A stretch of DNA of 64,000 nucleotides from a virus, in IMG/VR virus record IMGVR_UViG_3300030012_004234, positions 6,786 to 70,785 of that record; one strand, 5' to 3'. Position 1 is the first letter of the stretch. Each line of letters opens with the position of its first letter. Under the pieces are notes generated by a model. It worked only from the letters and a program-made list of their open reading frames with translations. It ran no database searches and was not told the DNA's origin. The position numbers and the translations under genes are program-made. Below, one piece after another: positions 38,709 through 47,593 of this stretch.

Positions 38709-39922
38709 TAACCAACGTATATAGTCATAGGTACTCCACCTAATGCATCATTTAAAAATTTAGTATTATTAGCTTGATTTTCTAACTGACCTGATATAGA
38801 AGCTGTGTTTAGTATCTCTCTAAGTTCGGTTACGTATGCTTCTTTCTCACTTCTTACATCAGCAAGTAGATCTGCCTGGTTTAAAGTAGCTTCTGCACCA
38901 GGAACTGGTACTGTTTGATACTTTCCTCTTACATACGCTAACATTTCTTTAGCTAAACTAGAGGCATATTTAAATATCCACTGTCTACCTATAGAATTTA
39001 TTTCAGAATATATAGGATTATTAGTAGGAACATTAGATATGTTAGTAATTAAGTTACTATCGTTGTTAGAATAGTAAGATCCACCTGATCCTTGTACTCC
39101 TCCTACTAATTCAGCACTAGAAGTTATATTTAAACCGTCATCTACAAATCTTTTTTCGTTTTCGATGTAGTAATCTATCTTTAACGACCCTGATTCCTTA
39201 GGTATAGGGAATATCCTTAGTTGATTATTGTGTACTTCAAAGCTATATGCCGATCTTCTTATCTGATCGTTAAATTCTATAGCTTGAGTCTTTAAAATAT
39301 CAAAAGATGCAGGCATTAATAAGAAATTTACCCCTGGACTAAATGATCCGAAGTCAAAAGCGTCCATAAGTGATTGAATACCTGTACCTGTACCAGCATA
39401 TGGGTCAAAAAACCTTTGTATTGCTGGTGGTGCTTCATAATATATCTTTCTTATCTCTATTCTACTGTTTACTCCTTGAGAAGTTGCCCATTTTTGTAGA
39501 TCATAGTCTTGAATAGAACTAGTTAAGTCAAGCATACCACTATGAAGTGTAGTTTCACCTCCTACCCCGGCTTCCATACCGTATTGTTTAGATACTCTTA
39601 CACTATTCTGTAGTGAAGGTCTAATTAAAGTAGTATTCACTGCTTCTCCTTGTATACCTCCTTGTAATCCACTAAATGATTGAGCTATTTGTTGTTGATA
39701 TACTTCAGTTCCGTAGGTTGTTACAGCTTCTTCAAAGCAAGCAAAGAAAGACCCCGATTGTAGCTCTACATCCATCATAGGAAACCCTAATTTCCTTGCG
39801 CAGAAGTCAGCTACCTTAGGAGCATCCTTTTGAAATTCTAAATCATCATCATAAAATCCGAAAGGTGTCATTTGACCTGCTATAAAGTTAGCAGAACCGT
39901 CATATATTACTATATTTGCCAT
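38708..39922 (-). CDS. gp13: Neck / head-tail adaptor protein (T4 gp13-like)
   Basis: RKLGFPMMDVEL, WIFKYA..LAKEML..VRGKY..VP.PG...TLN..L, PM.IYVG. Confidence 0.85.
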   Translation of the reverse strand: MANIVIYDGSANFIAGQMTPFGFYDDDLEFQKDAPKVADFCARKLGFPMMDVELQSGSFFACFEEAVTTYGTEVYQQQIAQSFSGLQGGIQGEAVNTTLIRPSLQNSVRVSKQYGMEAGVGGETTLHSGMLDLTSSIQDYDLQKWATSQGVNSRIEIRKIYYEAPPAIQRFFDPYAGTGTGIQSLMDAFDFGSFSPGVNFLLMPASFDILKTQAIEFNDQIRRSAYSFEVHNNQLRIFPIPKESGSLKIDYYIENEKRFVDDGLNITSSAELVGGVQGSGGSYYSNNDSNLITNISNVPTNNPIYSEINSIGRQWIFKYASSLAKEMLAYVRGKYQTVPVPGAEATLNQADLLADVRSEKEAYVTELREILNTASISGQLENQANNTKFLNDALGGVPMTIYVG

Positions 39923-39928
39923 ATTTTA

Positions 39929-40357
39929 TTATTTAGATACTAAAAAGTATTCTACTGTTGATACAAGATCTACTGGTTGAGCTTTTACTTTTACAATATT
40001 ATCGAAACTTCCTGTTGCTACGTCTTGAAAGCTACCTGTTAAAAAGGTATTATCAAACATAAAGCTTCCTGATGCTCCTACTACCATATTATAAGTCTCG
40101 TTCGAAGAAGATAATTGTAATATAACAGAACCTGTAGAATGATTAGTAAATCTAAAATATAGTAAACTACTACTAATAAATTGACCAGCTCCTTCTCCTC
40201 CTGAAAAGTCTACTACATCAGTAAATGAACCTGAAGAAATGTTAAAAGTTCTTTCATCATGGAAACTAGCTGAAGGGATATTAACTTCGAAATCAGTTCC
40301 TCTTTCTTTACCTTCTATTTTAACTCTTTCTCTTATATTGTAATTTAAAGTTGCCAT
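39929..40357 (-). CDS. Putative virion (decoration-type) protein
   Basis: All-beta pattern (YFRFTN...VEYFLVS); own TATTTATA motif at 40372-40379; located near the MCP gene. Confidence 0.55.
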   Translation of the reverse strand: MATLNYNIRERVKIEGKERGTDFEVNIPSASFHDERTFNISSGSFTDVVDFSGGEGAGQFISSSLLYFRFTNHSTGSVILQLSSSNETYNMVVGASGSFMFDNTFLTGSFQDVATGSFDNIVKVKAQPVDLVSTVEYFLVSK

Positions 40358-40371
40358 TATATATCTTTTTT

Positions 40372-40379
40372 TATAAATA
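40372..40379 (-). promoter_or_regulatory. Putative late-promoter motif TATTTATA
   Basis: Immediately after a terminator and 14 nt before the ATG at 40357. Confidence 0.6.
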
Positions 40380-40382
40380 GTT

Positions 40383-40408
40383 AAAAAAAAAGAGGCCCGA
40401 AGGCCTCT
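40383..40408 (-). terminator. Rho-independent terminator with C(UUCG)G loop
   Basis: Minus strand AGAGGCC-TTCG-GGCCTCT followed by a T-run. Confidence 0.92.
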
Positions 40409-40419
40409 CTTAGTTATTC

Positions 40420-40656
40420 TTAACCTTTCTTTTTCAGAATGTGGTATAAGACGAAGGCACCTACTAGTCCTAGTAAACCTTCAGCATTCAATCCACCTAA
40501 TATTCCCATGATATTATCTACCACTGAAATAGCAGGCCAGAACGGAATGTTAGCACCTTTGAATAGTACTTCAAGTACAACCCCCAGTGCAATTAAACTT
40601 ACACCGATTTCTGTTAGTTGATTGGCCCAAGAGCCTATCTTCTTTAAAAAATCCAT
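40420..40656 (-). CDS. Small membrane protein
   Basis: 78 aa, two to three hydrophobic segments, basic C-terminus KKKG; monocistronic between two terminators. Confidence 0.75.
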   Translation of the reverse strand: MDFLKKIGSWANQLTEIGVSLIALGVVLEVLFKGANIPFWPAISVVDNIMGILGGLNAEGLLGLVGAFVLYHILKKKG

Positions 40657-40733
40657 ATTTATTGGTTTTTAGTTAGACAAAAGATAACTGTCCGACTTCA
40701 ATTAAGAAAGGAATTCCATGTTAATAAATAGGC

Positions 40734-40760
40734 AAAAAAAAAGCGGCCCAGAAGGACCGC
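40734..40760 (-). terminator. Rho-independent terminator after major capsid gene
   Basis: Minus strand GCGGTCC-TTCT-GGGCCGC followed by T9. Confidence 0.9.
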
Positions 40761-40789
40761 CTTTCTCTTAAAAAATCTATAGATTAATC

Positions 40790-42388
40790 TTATAAATCAT
40801 TCATATCTGAAATAAAGACTTTTCCGTAGAATTCAGGTCTTATCATCTTCTTAGCATATCTAGTCATGATACCTTTTCTTGGAGTGAAGGTCTCAGGATC
40901 GTATACTAGAGGAGTCATAAGTAATGGTATATACGGTGAGTAAACCGCTCCAGTTTCTAAGAATTGTGAACCTCTATATCCCATAAGAATAATATTCTCA
41001 GTCATATAAGGGTTTTTGTAAACTCTGAATCTGTTAGCTAAGCTTCCTACTCTTTGTACACCAAAGTTGAAATCAGCCTGATCTCCGTCTGTATTAGCTG
41101 CATATCCTGGAATAGATTCTAGAATAGTAGCAACGTTTGGAGAACATACTAAGAAGTTCGCACCACCTCTAAGAGTTTTTTGGTGAATCTTATTAGATAC
41201 TTTTTGGATTTTAGTTCCTAAAGTTTGGAACCACTGTCCTTGAGTATTATAAAATCCTGGACTTAAAGTAGCCCAAGCTGTACCATTCCAAACTTTGTTT
41301 GAAACGACAGACCATCTCTCAGTAGTTACTGCGTCATTAATAAGCATGTCTAGGATCTCAAGATCAATCTCCATTGAGATATACTCACTCAATAAAGAAG
41401 TTAACTCAGCCTCAGCGTCGATGCTGTGGTATGCGTTAAGATCTTGAGCGAATTCTGGAGTCCATTGTGCTTTTAGTTTTCTAGTTTTAGCAACAATTGC
41501 TTCACTAGCTAATCTTACGTCGATAGACGGGATTTTAATAGATGTGTCAACAGCAGCAGTTGAATTTGCTTCGAAGTCACCTCTTGCGTTATCATCTGGT
41601 TGTACGTGATATAATACAGTAGAAGCAGGATTCTTAACTGTTAGGTTAGATGCAGTTACAACGAAAGTAACGTCATCACCAGATACAGTAGTTAATTCTG
41701 GGTTACTAGTAATATCTACAGAAGCAGAAAATAATCTAAATGCTCTAACTGCTTTATAATCAGGTCTTGCACCAGCGGCTTTTCCTGACATATCAGCTGT
41801 AACAGTTCTAAATTCTGATACGATTAGATCATCATTGTATCCAATTGAAGAAGAAACAGCAGATCCAGTAGTAATAGTTTCAGTGTGTGAAGCTGAATTT
41901 ACTGTATATCCGAATTGTCCAGCGCCATAAAGACCACCAGAAACTTCCTCATCAACAGACATTTTGTTAGAAGCAGAAGATACATTACCATACAAGTTAT
42001 CACCAGCTGTTCTTCCTCCTACAGAGTCTCCATATTTGAAGTCTAGGTAGAATACAAGTCCTGAAGGTAAATTCATTGGTTGTACAGAAACGAAATCTTG
42101 AGCAACGATTTGAGCAAATACTTTTCTAACTAAAGGTAGAGCTACACCAGCCCAGTTCTCACCAGCTCCAGCAGTGAAAGTAGCAGACCCTCCGTGACCG
42201 GAAGTGTTTGCTTCAGCAACGATTTGTTTAGCTTGGTTTTCTAAGATAACAGCCATGTTATTTTTGACTCTATTATCTTCGATACCTTCTAACAAACCAG
42301 ATGCTTCCCACTTAGAAGCTAATTTTTCAGAATCCTTTAGCATGCTCTTATAAGTATTTGAGCTCTCTAATAGGTTGTTAATTTCCAT
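40790..42388 (-). CDS. gp23: Major capsid protein (T4 gp23-like)
   Basis: VSVQPMNLPSGLVF, AKTRKLKAQWTPEFAQDLNAYHSIDAEAEL, YSPYIPL, FTPRKGIMTRYA; likely propeptide cleavage at IVAE59|A. Confidence 0.98.
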   Translation of the reverse strand: MEINNLLESSNTYKSMLKDSEKLASKWEASGLLEGIEDNRVKNNMAVILENQAKQIVAEANTSGHGGSATFTAGAGENWAGVALPLVRKVFAQIVAQDFVSVQPMNLPSGLVFYLDFKYGDSVGGRTAGDNLYGNVSSASNKMSVDEEVSGGLYGAGQFGYTVNSASHTETITTGSAVSSSIGYNDDLIVSEFRTVTADMSGKAAGARPDYKAVRAFRLFSASVDITSNPELTTVSGDDVTFVVTASNLTVKNPASTVLYHVQPDDNARGDFEANSTAAVDTSIKIPSIDVRLASEAIVAKTRKLKAQWTPEFAQDLNAYHSIDAEAELTSLLSEYISMEIDLEILDMLINDAVTTERWSVVSNKVWNGTAWATLSPGFYNTQGQWFQTLGTKIQKVSNKIHQKTLRGGANFLVCSPNVATILESIPGYAANTDGDQADFNFGVQRVGSLANRFRVYKNPYMTENIILMGYRGSQFLETGAVYSPYIPLLMTPLVYDPETFTPRKGIMTRYAKKMIRPEFYGKVFISDMNDL

Positions 42389-42413
42389 AATTTCTAAAAA
42401 AATTTAAAATTTG

Positions 42414-43619
42414 TTATTTAATAATACCGGCTAATTTTTGCATTCTTCTAACAGTTTCAGAAACTTCATTAATTACTTCTGGTTTACCAGATGCAGTAGT
42501 TCCTGTTGCTTTAGATGCCATGCCTAGTTTAGTCTTAGCTTCTTTGATATTGTTTTTAGTTTCTTTTTTACTAACAACATTATCTGAAACTGTTTCATAA
42601 ACTAATTTAACCTCTTTTACAGTTTCTGCTTTATCAAAAGCAGCTATAATGTTAACCTTTTGACTTTCAGAAAGGTCGTTTGATTTAAAGATTTTGTTAA
42701 CGTAAAGTAATTTTGAATTTAGAATATTTACTTCATTCAATTCACTTTTAAGAGTTTTGATAGTCTCTAAAGCTTGAGCTAGTTCTGATTTGCTTTCTTC
42801 TAATGCTTGTTCTTCAGCATCTCCGATAACACCTTCAGCTTCTTTCTCAACTTCATTGAAATCCTCTTCACCGTCTTTATCTTCGTTAATATTTACGTCT
42901 ACCTTCTGTCTGTGGTTATCAGCATTAGGTTTAGCATTGAACTCGTCTAATTCTTCTTCACTTACTGAAGATTCAAGTTCTCTAATTAACTCATCAAGAT
43001 CGATTTCTTCCTCGTCCTCACCAGGCATGTCCATTGGTTCTTCTACAGCATCAGGCTCATCACCCATACCTTCGATATCACCAGCATCCATATCCATAGC
43101 AGGCTCTTCGTCAGCGCCCATTTCTTGACTAATAATATCTCTAATTAAGTCTTTGAATTGATCTACACTTAAATCAGAAATATCCTCATCACCTTTAGGC
43201 TCGTCTTCAACCTCCGCTTCGTCCTCAGATTCGTCTGAGTCATCCTCCGCTTCGTTTTTTTCATCGTCAGCATGCATTGCTTCGTCTTTATTGTCTCCGT
43301 GAGCTTCCTCCATATCGTCGTCATGTTTAGCTTCTTCTACTTCTTCAAGAGATTCTTCCATGTTATCTTTCTCCTTCTTAGGAGCTTCTTCCATGTTGTC
43401 TTTCTCTTTCTTAGGAGCCTCTTCCATAGTTTCGTCGTCTTTTTTCTTAGGCGCTTCTTCTATTTTAGAATCTTCCATTTCTTGTAGTTTTGCAGCTAAC
43501 ATATCTTTTAAATGTGGAGTTAGAGTTTCTTCTAATGCTTCCTTAGCGTTAGCAATAGCAGCAGCTCTTACAGACTTAGCTTCAGCAATAGCTTGCTTAA
43601 ATAAATCTTTGTTTGCCAT
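42414..43619 (-). CDS. Prohead scaffolding/core protein (gp22 analogue)
   Basis: Highly acidic, coiled-coil, between protease and MCP; LNEVNILNSKLLY, FDKAETVKEVKL, RMQKLAGI; many [LMVI]xE sites. Confidence 0.85.
   Translation of the reverse strand: MANKDLFKQAIAEAKSVRAAAIANAKEALEETLTPHLKDMLAAKLQEMEDSKIEEAPKKKDDETMEEAPKKEKDNMEEAPKKEKDNMEESLEEVEEAKHDDDMEEAHGDNKDEAMHADDEKNEAEDDSDESEDEAEVEDEPKGDEDISDLSVDQFKDLIRDIISQEMGADEEPAMDMDAGDIEGMGDEPDAVEEPMDMPGEDEEEIDLDELIRELESSVSEEELDEFNAKPNADNHRQKVDVNINEDKDGEEDFNEVEKEAEGVIGDAEEQALEESKSELAQALETIKTLKSELNEVNILNSKLLYVNKIFKSNDLSESQKVNIIAAFDKAETVKEVKLVYETVSDNVVSKKETKNNIKEAKTKLGMASKATGTTASGKPEVINEVSETVRRMQKLAGIIK
43353..43460 (-). repeat. 33-36 bp tandem coding repeat (MEEAPKKEKDN) x3 in scaffold
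   Basis: ttcttccatgtt.tctttctc.ttcttaggagc at 43353 and 43386, with a degenerate third unit from 43419. Confidence 0.9.
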
Positions 43620-43644
43620 TTTTAAAAAAAAATTGTTGTGATTG

Positions 43645-43721
43645 TACGATTATTAAGAATCGTAATAGGGATTATAATTTGTTTGATACAATATATAAGA
43701 TTGTATATTCTTATATAAATA
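43645..43721 (-). promoter_or_regulatory. TATTTATA motif plus two 7-bp hairpins in the scaffold/MCP leader
   Basis: TATAAATA at 43714-43721; inverted repeats ATACAAT/ATTGTAT (43686-43706) and TACGATT/AATCGTA (43645-43664). Confidence 0.55.
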
Positions 43722-43741
43722 TATACTTTTTCTGGAAACCG

Positions 43742-43763
43742 TTATGCTCTTAATATATTGTTA
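43742..43763 (-). repeat. Relic duplicate of the prohead protease 3' end (19/22 nt identical to 44336..44357)
   Basis: AAC AAT ATA TTA AGA GCA TAA (NNILRA*) versus AAC GAT ATT TTG AGA GCA TAA (NDILRA*). Confidence 0.85.
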
Positions 43764-44336
43764 CTCGGGAATTCTCCAATCATCAATATCATCACCTCGT
43801 CTTTCGGTTTGAGGAAATAGATAATCTAAATAATTATCCCATTGATCATCATAATCTTCATATCCGCTTTCTTCTTGATAATAACTAGCTATCAATTTAC
43901 CGATATCAGAAGCAGGTTCATTAAAATAATCGGATACATCTTCAGCATCTTCCCAAGTTGCAGCTGCTTTCATAAAACTAACTATTTCTTCATCTTCAAA
44001 ATCATCAAACCCATTTTGTTGTTGCATTATGTCGTATACTTCACCAGCTAGATTTTCATCTTTAACTTCAGGAAATTTTTTCGCAAAATCATCAAAATCA
44101 AGATCACTTGAGTTTTCATCGTCGTCTCCATTCCGTGGACCAGAAAGGTACACCCATTTTCCGTCAGGAAGTTTTGCATGTTTTTGGCCATAGTTACTAT
44201 TATAAAATTCGGTTCCTTCTGGGAATTCGTCTTTGTTTATTTCACTCCATCGTTTAAATTTATCTTCTGAGATTAATTTGCTTTGAGTAGTAAGTTTGTT
44301 TTCTACTAAAAATTTTCTTAAATTAAAGTTTTTCAT
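43761..44336 (-). CDS. Acidic putative internal head (cargo) protein with MKNFNLRKFLVEN leader
   Basis: Leader shared with 44937..45245 and 53337..53618; D/E- and aromatic-rich body. Confidence 0.7.
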   Translation of the reverse strand: MKNFNLRKFLVENKLTTQSKLISEDKFKRWSEINKDEFPEGTEFYNSNYGQKHAKLPDGKWVYLSGPRNGDDDENSSDLDFDDFAKKFPEVKDENLAGEVYDIMQQQNGFDDFEDEEIVSFMKAAATWEDAEDVSDYFNEPASDIGKLIASYYQEESGYEDYDDQWDNYLDYLFPQTERRGDDIDDWRIPE

Positions 44337-44914
44337 TATGCTCTCAAAATATCGTTAATAATATTGTCTAAATTAAAATACTTAGATACTTTACCTTTAC
44401 CTTCATTTAATGATACCGGGTTCATAAATGCACCATGTGTAGATGGATTAGATACAAAGTCCCAGCATACTAGTTCAAAATCAGGCTGTACTTCTAAATG
44501 TCCTTCGTTTGTTTGTTGGACTGATCCGGTACCTCTAGATGATATACCAATAGTATGACCAGCTTTTATAATTTCTTTTACTATATTACCAGCAGGAGTA
44601 TTTAATAGCTCTACCTTACCCATTAAGTCATCACCATCCCAATATAGTTCTTTTACTATGTGAGAAGCGTTTTTTAACGAGACTACGGGCGTTTCAGGAT
44701 GATCTAACTCTCCAAAAGCATTTCCTTTTTTGACGAACTCTTTCACGTATCTTTCCGCTTCTCTCTTAAGAAGATCTTTACTGTATACTCTACCGTTTTG
44801 ATTCTCTGCTGAAGCTCTTTGCATTACTCCTTCAACTTCAAATACACCAGGTTTGGTTTTTGATTCCTTTAAAGTAGGTTTAAAAGGTGTTACGTCTACT
44901 AATAATTGTGCCAT
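44336..44914 (-). CDS. gp21: Prohead protease (T4 gp21-like)
   Basis: NQNGRVYS, GELDHP, SH, TPAG.I, GISSRGTGS, DFVSNPS..GA. Confidence 0.97.
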   Translation of the reverse strand: MAQLLVDVTPFKPTLKESKTKPGVFEVEGVMQRASAENQNGRVYSKDLLKREAERYVKEFVKKGNAFGELDHPETPVVSLKNASHIVKELYWDGDDLMGKVELLNTPAGNIVKEIIKAGHTIGISSRGTGSVQQTNEGHLEVQPDFELVCWDFVSNPSTHGAFMNPVSLNEGKGKVSKYFNLDNIINDILRA

Positions 44915-44936
44915 ATTATTTTTCTTCTTTTTAGTT

Positions 44937-45245
44937 TTAGTATCTCCAGTATTTACTTAAACCGTATCTTTCTAATTTATCATTACCATGTTCAACATCA
45001 TCTGGTAGAATATAATCATCAATTTCCTCAGCAGATGTATTATTATCAAATATAAAAACATCAGCATTACTTATAATAAGGTCTTGTTCTCTATCAGATA
45101 GTAACTCATCGTAAGCTTCGTAATCAGTCATATCATCATCCTGGTAAACGATTGTAAAAGGTTTATCACTTATTTTTTTAGGCGTAAATTCTTCTTTTAA
45201 TAAGCGATTTTCTGCCAAATATTTTCTTAGATTAAAATTTTTCAT
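44937..45245 (-). CDS. Acidic putative internal head (cargo) protein with MKNFNLRKYLAEN leader
   Basis: Shared leader; about a quarter of residues are D/E by manual count. Confidence 0.7.
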   Translation of the reverse strand: MKNFNLRKYLAENRLLKEEFTPKKISDKPFTIVYQDDDMTDYEAYDELLSDREQDLIISNADVFIFDNNTSAEEIDDYILPDDVEHGNDKLERYGLSKYWRY

Positions 45246-45251
45246 TTTATT

Positions 45252-47591
45252 TTATTTGTTCTTTTTTTCGTTAATACCAAAAATATTCTTCTTAGGACCT
45301 TCTTGGGCAATAGGTAATGATCTAACTGGTTTAATGTTAGGTAAATTTAATCCTCCAGTAAAGGCATTTTTCATAACAGGTCTTAAATCTTTTTTAAATG
45401 CGCTTTCGATAGCTGGAGCTAAAAATCCTCCTACTTTTAATCCTTCATCATTTTTTATTTCTCCTAACTTATCGTAAACTTTCTGTATCTTTTCTCTAGT
45501 TCTTTCGTAAAATGATTCTATATCATTTACTACATTTTGAAGATCGATAACGGATTGTTTCATTCCTGCAAAGCTTTCGTAGTCATCTGCTATTTTAGCT
45601 AGTTGATTAGTAGCTGCTTCTTCAATCATATCATCTTTTAAACTTTTTTTGATAATACCTTTGATAGCTTCTTTAAGTTGTACAGATTGTTTTTCTGTGA
45701 TTCTATATTCTTCAACTTCTGCTTCTGGTTCTACTACTTCATCATCTGCTAAATCTTTTAAGAACTCTAATGCTCTTTTTAATTTAGGATTAGCAAATAA
45801 AGCAGGTTGTTCTTTATCGTCTACTTGGTCTACAAACTTTAAAATAGCTTGAGCCATAGTTTTAGGATTTTTAACGTTAGTATTTATTCTAGTTAAAGTA
45901 GCTGAAGGAATTTCTTCTTCATCAACTCTATCGTAATTAGCATCTACAAATAGATCAAAATGAAATACAGGATCTTTTCCGAAATCTCCATCCATGATAT
46001 CATTTTTATGTGTTTTGATATAATCCTTAATAAGAGAATCTATACCGGGTATCTCTCCATACTTTTCTTTTATCTTACCAATATGAGATGCTAATACTTC
46101 TTTTAATACTTTTCTTGTATCAGCAGCACCGCCTGTATAGTTGCTAGGAGAATCAGTTTTAACTTTACCTTTTCTATCGATATTCATTACTTCATCTTTA
46201 CCCATAGCTTTTTTTATAGCTTTATCTTTTGCAGCCATATAATCATCAGAATCTATATCTCCGTCTCCGTCATGATCTTTACCTTTTCCTTCAGAAGCCA
46301 TATAGATAGGTTCGATAGCTTTTGTAATTTCTTGTGCAATTGCTAGTTCTTCATTCTTATCTTCTTCTTGATATTGTTCTTCTAAGTTTTCTGAAATAGA
46401 ATAAATAGCATCTAGCTCAGATGTACCGTCTTGTTCATCCATCAAGGCCTCAGCTTCTGTAAATAATTCGTTAAATACTCCACGTACTACATCTTCATCA
46501 TGACTAGATGATAATTTACTTTCTAAGAATTTTTTAATATCTGGAAATGTTGCTACGTATTTTTGTTTAAAAGGTATACTTTCTTCTTCGTTCTTTTTTC
46601 TTTTGTGACCGTGATGTGAAGATGTAATAACTTCTAATTCGTTTATAGGTATATTTTTTACTGTCTTACTTCCTTCTTTAAAAAATACATCGTAATGAGT
46701 TACTGTTCCATCTTCTAATAAAGTATGCTCTCCTTCTAAACAAATACCATGTCCATATTTTTCATGTAATACATGATTAGCACAATCGTGCTCAATTTCT
46801 TTCTCTTCGTCTTTTTTATCAATAGTTTCCTTAATATAATTAACTAGATTCTTTTTAAACATTTTTAATGCTTTGTTTCCTTCTTCTTCATCTTCATGTT
46901 TAAAAGCATCAATTGCAGTATTGAGGTCTTGATTAGGTGTGTGATAATTTACATCTTCTAATGAGTTATAAATCTTCATCATATGCTCTACCTCTTCTCC
47001 TGATGCTCCTTTACCAGGATCTACTTCCGGAATAGCCATTGCAGCTCTAATCATTCCTCCGTAATCAAAGTTTTCAGAATATTTATCTCCTGGTTGATAT
47101 GCTTCTTTTAAAGTAGCTTTTTTCATTCCGTTGAAAGTATCAACGTTATTTTTCTTACCTACTGGGACCATCTGATCGTTTTTATTTACTTTATCAGATT
47201 CGTTACCAACTAAGTTTATATAATGAGAAGGATTTTTTTCTAAGTTGTCTTTTGCTTTCTTTTCTGCTTTAAAAAAGTCGTCAGCATTAAGAGTCATATG
47301 AGGCATTAATCCAGCTGCTTGCAACTCAATTCTTATTCCTCTATCTAAAGCATCTAATGAATAAGTTAAGGCAGGTCTTTCATCGTATGATTTTGTTTTA
47401 GTAGGTTTTTTTTCAGCCTTAGCTTCAAAAACTAATCCTCTGTTTTTAAGAATTTGTACTGAATCGTCAAATCCATTGAATTGAGATATAAAATCAGGGA
47501 ACTGTTGTCTCATCTGTCTAACAAATTCTCCTTTAGCCATCTTGCCTTCTTGGACGGCTCTAAATTTTTCAGTTGCTGTTTGTTGTCTCAT
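45252..47591 (-). CDS. Modular prohead-core/internal polyprotein-like protein
   Basis: Unrelated segments joined at LKE|A, IKE|T, KNE|E, ASE|G, KDE|V, LKE|V, VDE|E; includes His-rich and DxDxDG modules; TATTTATA at 47595-47602. Confidence 0.65.
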   Translation of the reverse strand: MRQQTATEKFRAVQEGKMAKGEFVRQMRQQFPDFISQFNGFDDSVQILKNRGLVFEAKAEKKPTKTKSYDERPALTYSLDALDRGIRIELQAAGLMPHMTLNADDFFKAEKKAKDNLEKNPSHYINLVGNESDKVNKNDQMVPVGKKNNVDTFNGMKKATLKEAYQPGDKYSENFDYGGMIRAAMAIPEVDPGKGASGEEVEHMMKIYNSLEDVNYHTPNQDLNTAIDAFKHEDEEEGNKALKMFKKNLVNYIKETIDKKDEEKEIEHDCANHVLHEKYGHGICLEGEHTLLEDGTVTHYDVFFKEGSKTVKNIPINELEVITSSHHGHKRKKNEEESIPFKQKYVATFPDIKKFLESKLSSSHDEDVVRGVFNELFTEAEALMDEQDGTSELDAIYSISENLEEQYQEEDKNEELAIAQEITKAIEPIYMASEGKGKDHDGDGDIDSDDYMAAKDKAIKKAMGKDEVMNIDRKGKVKTDSPSNYTGGAADTRKVLKEVLASHIGKIKEKYGEIPGIDSLIKDYIKTHKNDIMDGDFGKDPVFHFDLFVDANYDRVDEEEIPSATLTRINTNVKNPKTMAQAILKFVDQVDDKEQPALFANPKLKRALEFLKDLADDEVVEPEAEVEEYRITEKQSVQLKEAIKGIIKKSLKDDMIEEAATNQLAKIADDYESFAGMKQSVIDLQNVVNDIESFYERTREKIQKVYDKLGEIKNDEGLKVGGFLAPAIESAFKKDLRPVMKNAFTGGLNLPNIKPVRSLPIAQEGPKKNIFGINEKKNK

Positions 47592-47593
47592 GT

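Noticed and set aside
43353-43460. 33-bp repeats as a possible CRISPR array
   Set aside because: Head-to-tail in-frame coding repeats with no spacers; no cas genes.
44915-44936. Possible relic of the 779-aa gene's 3' end downstream of the 102-aa cargo gene (AAAGAAGAAAAATAA)
   Set aside because: It would parallel the gp21 scar, but the match is low-complexity poly-A and not distinguishable from chance.
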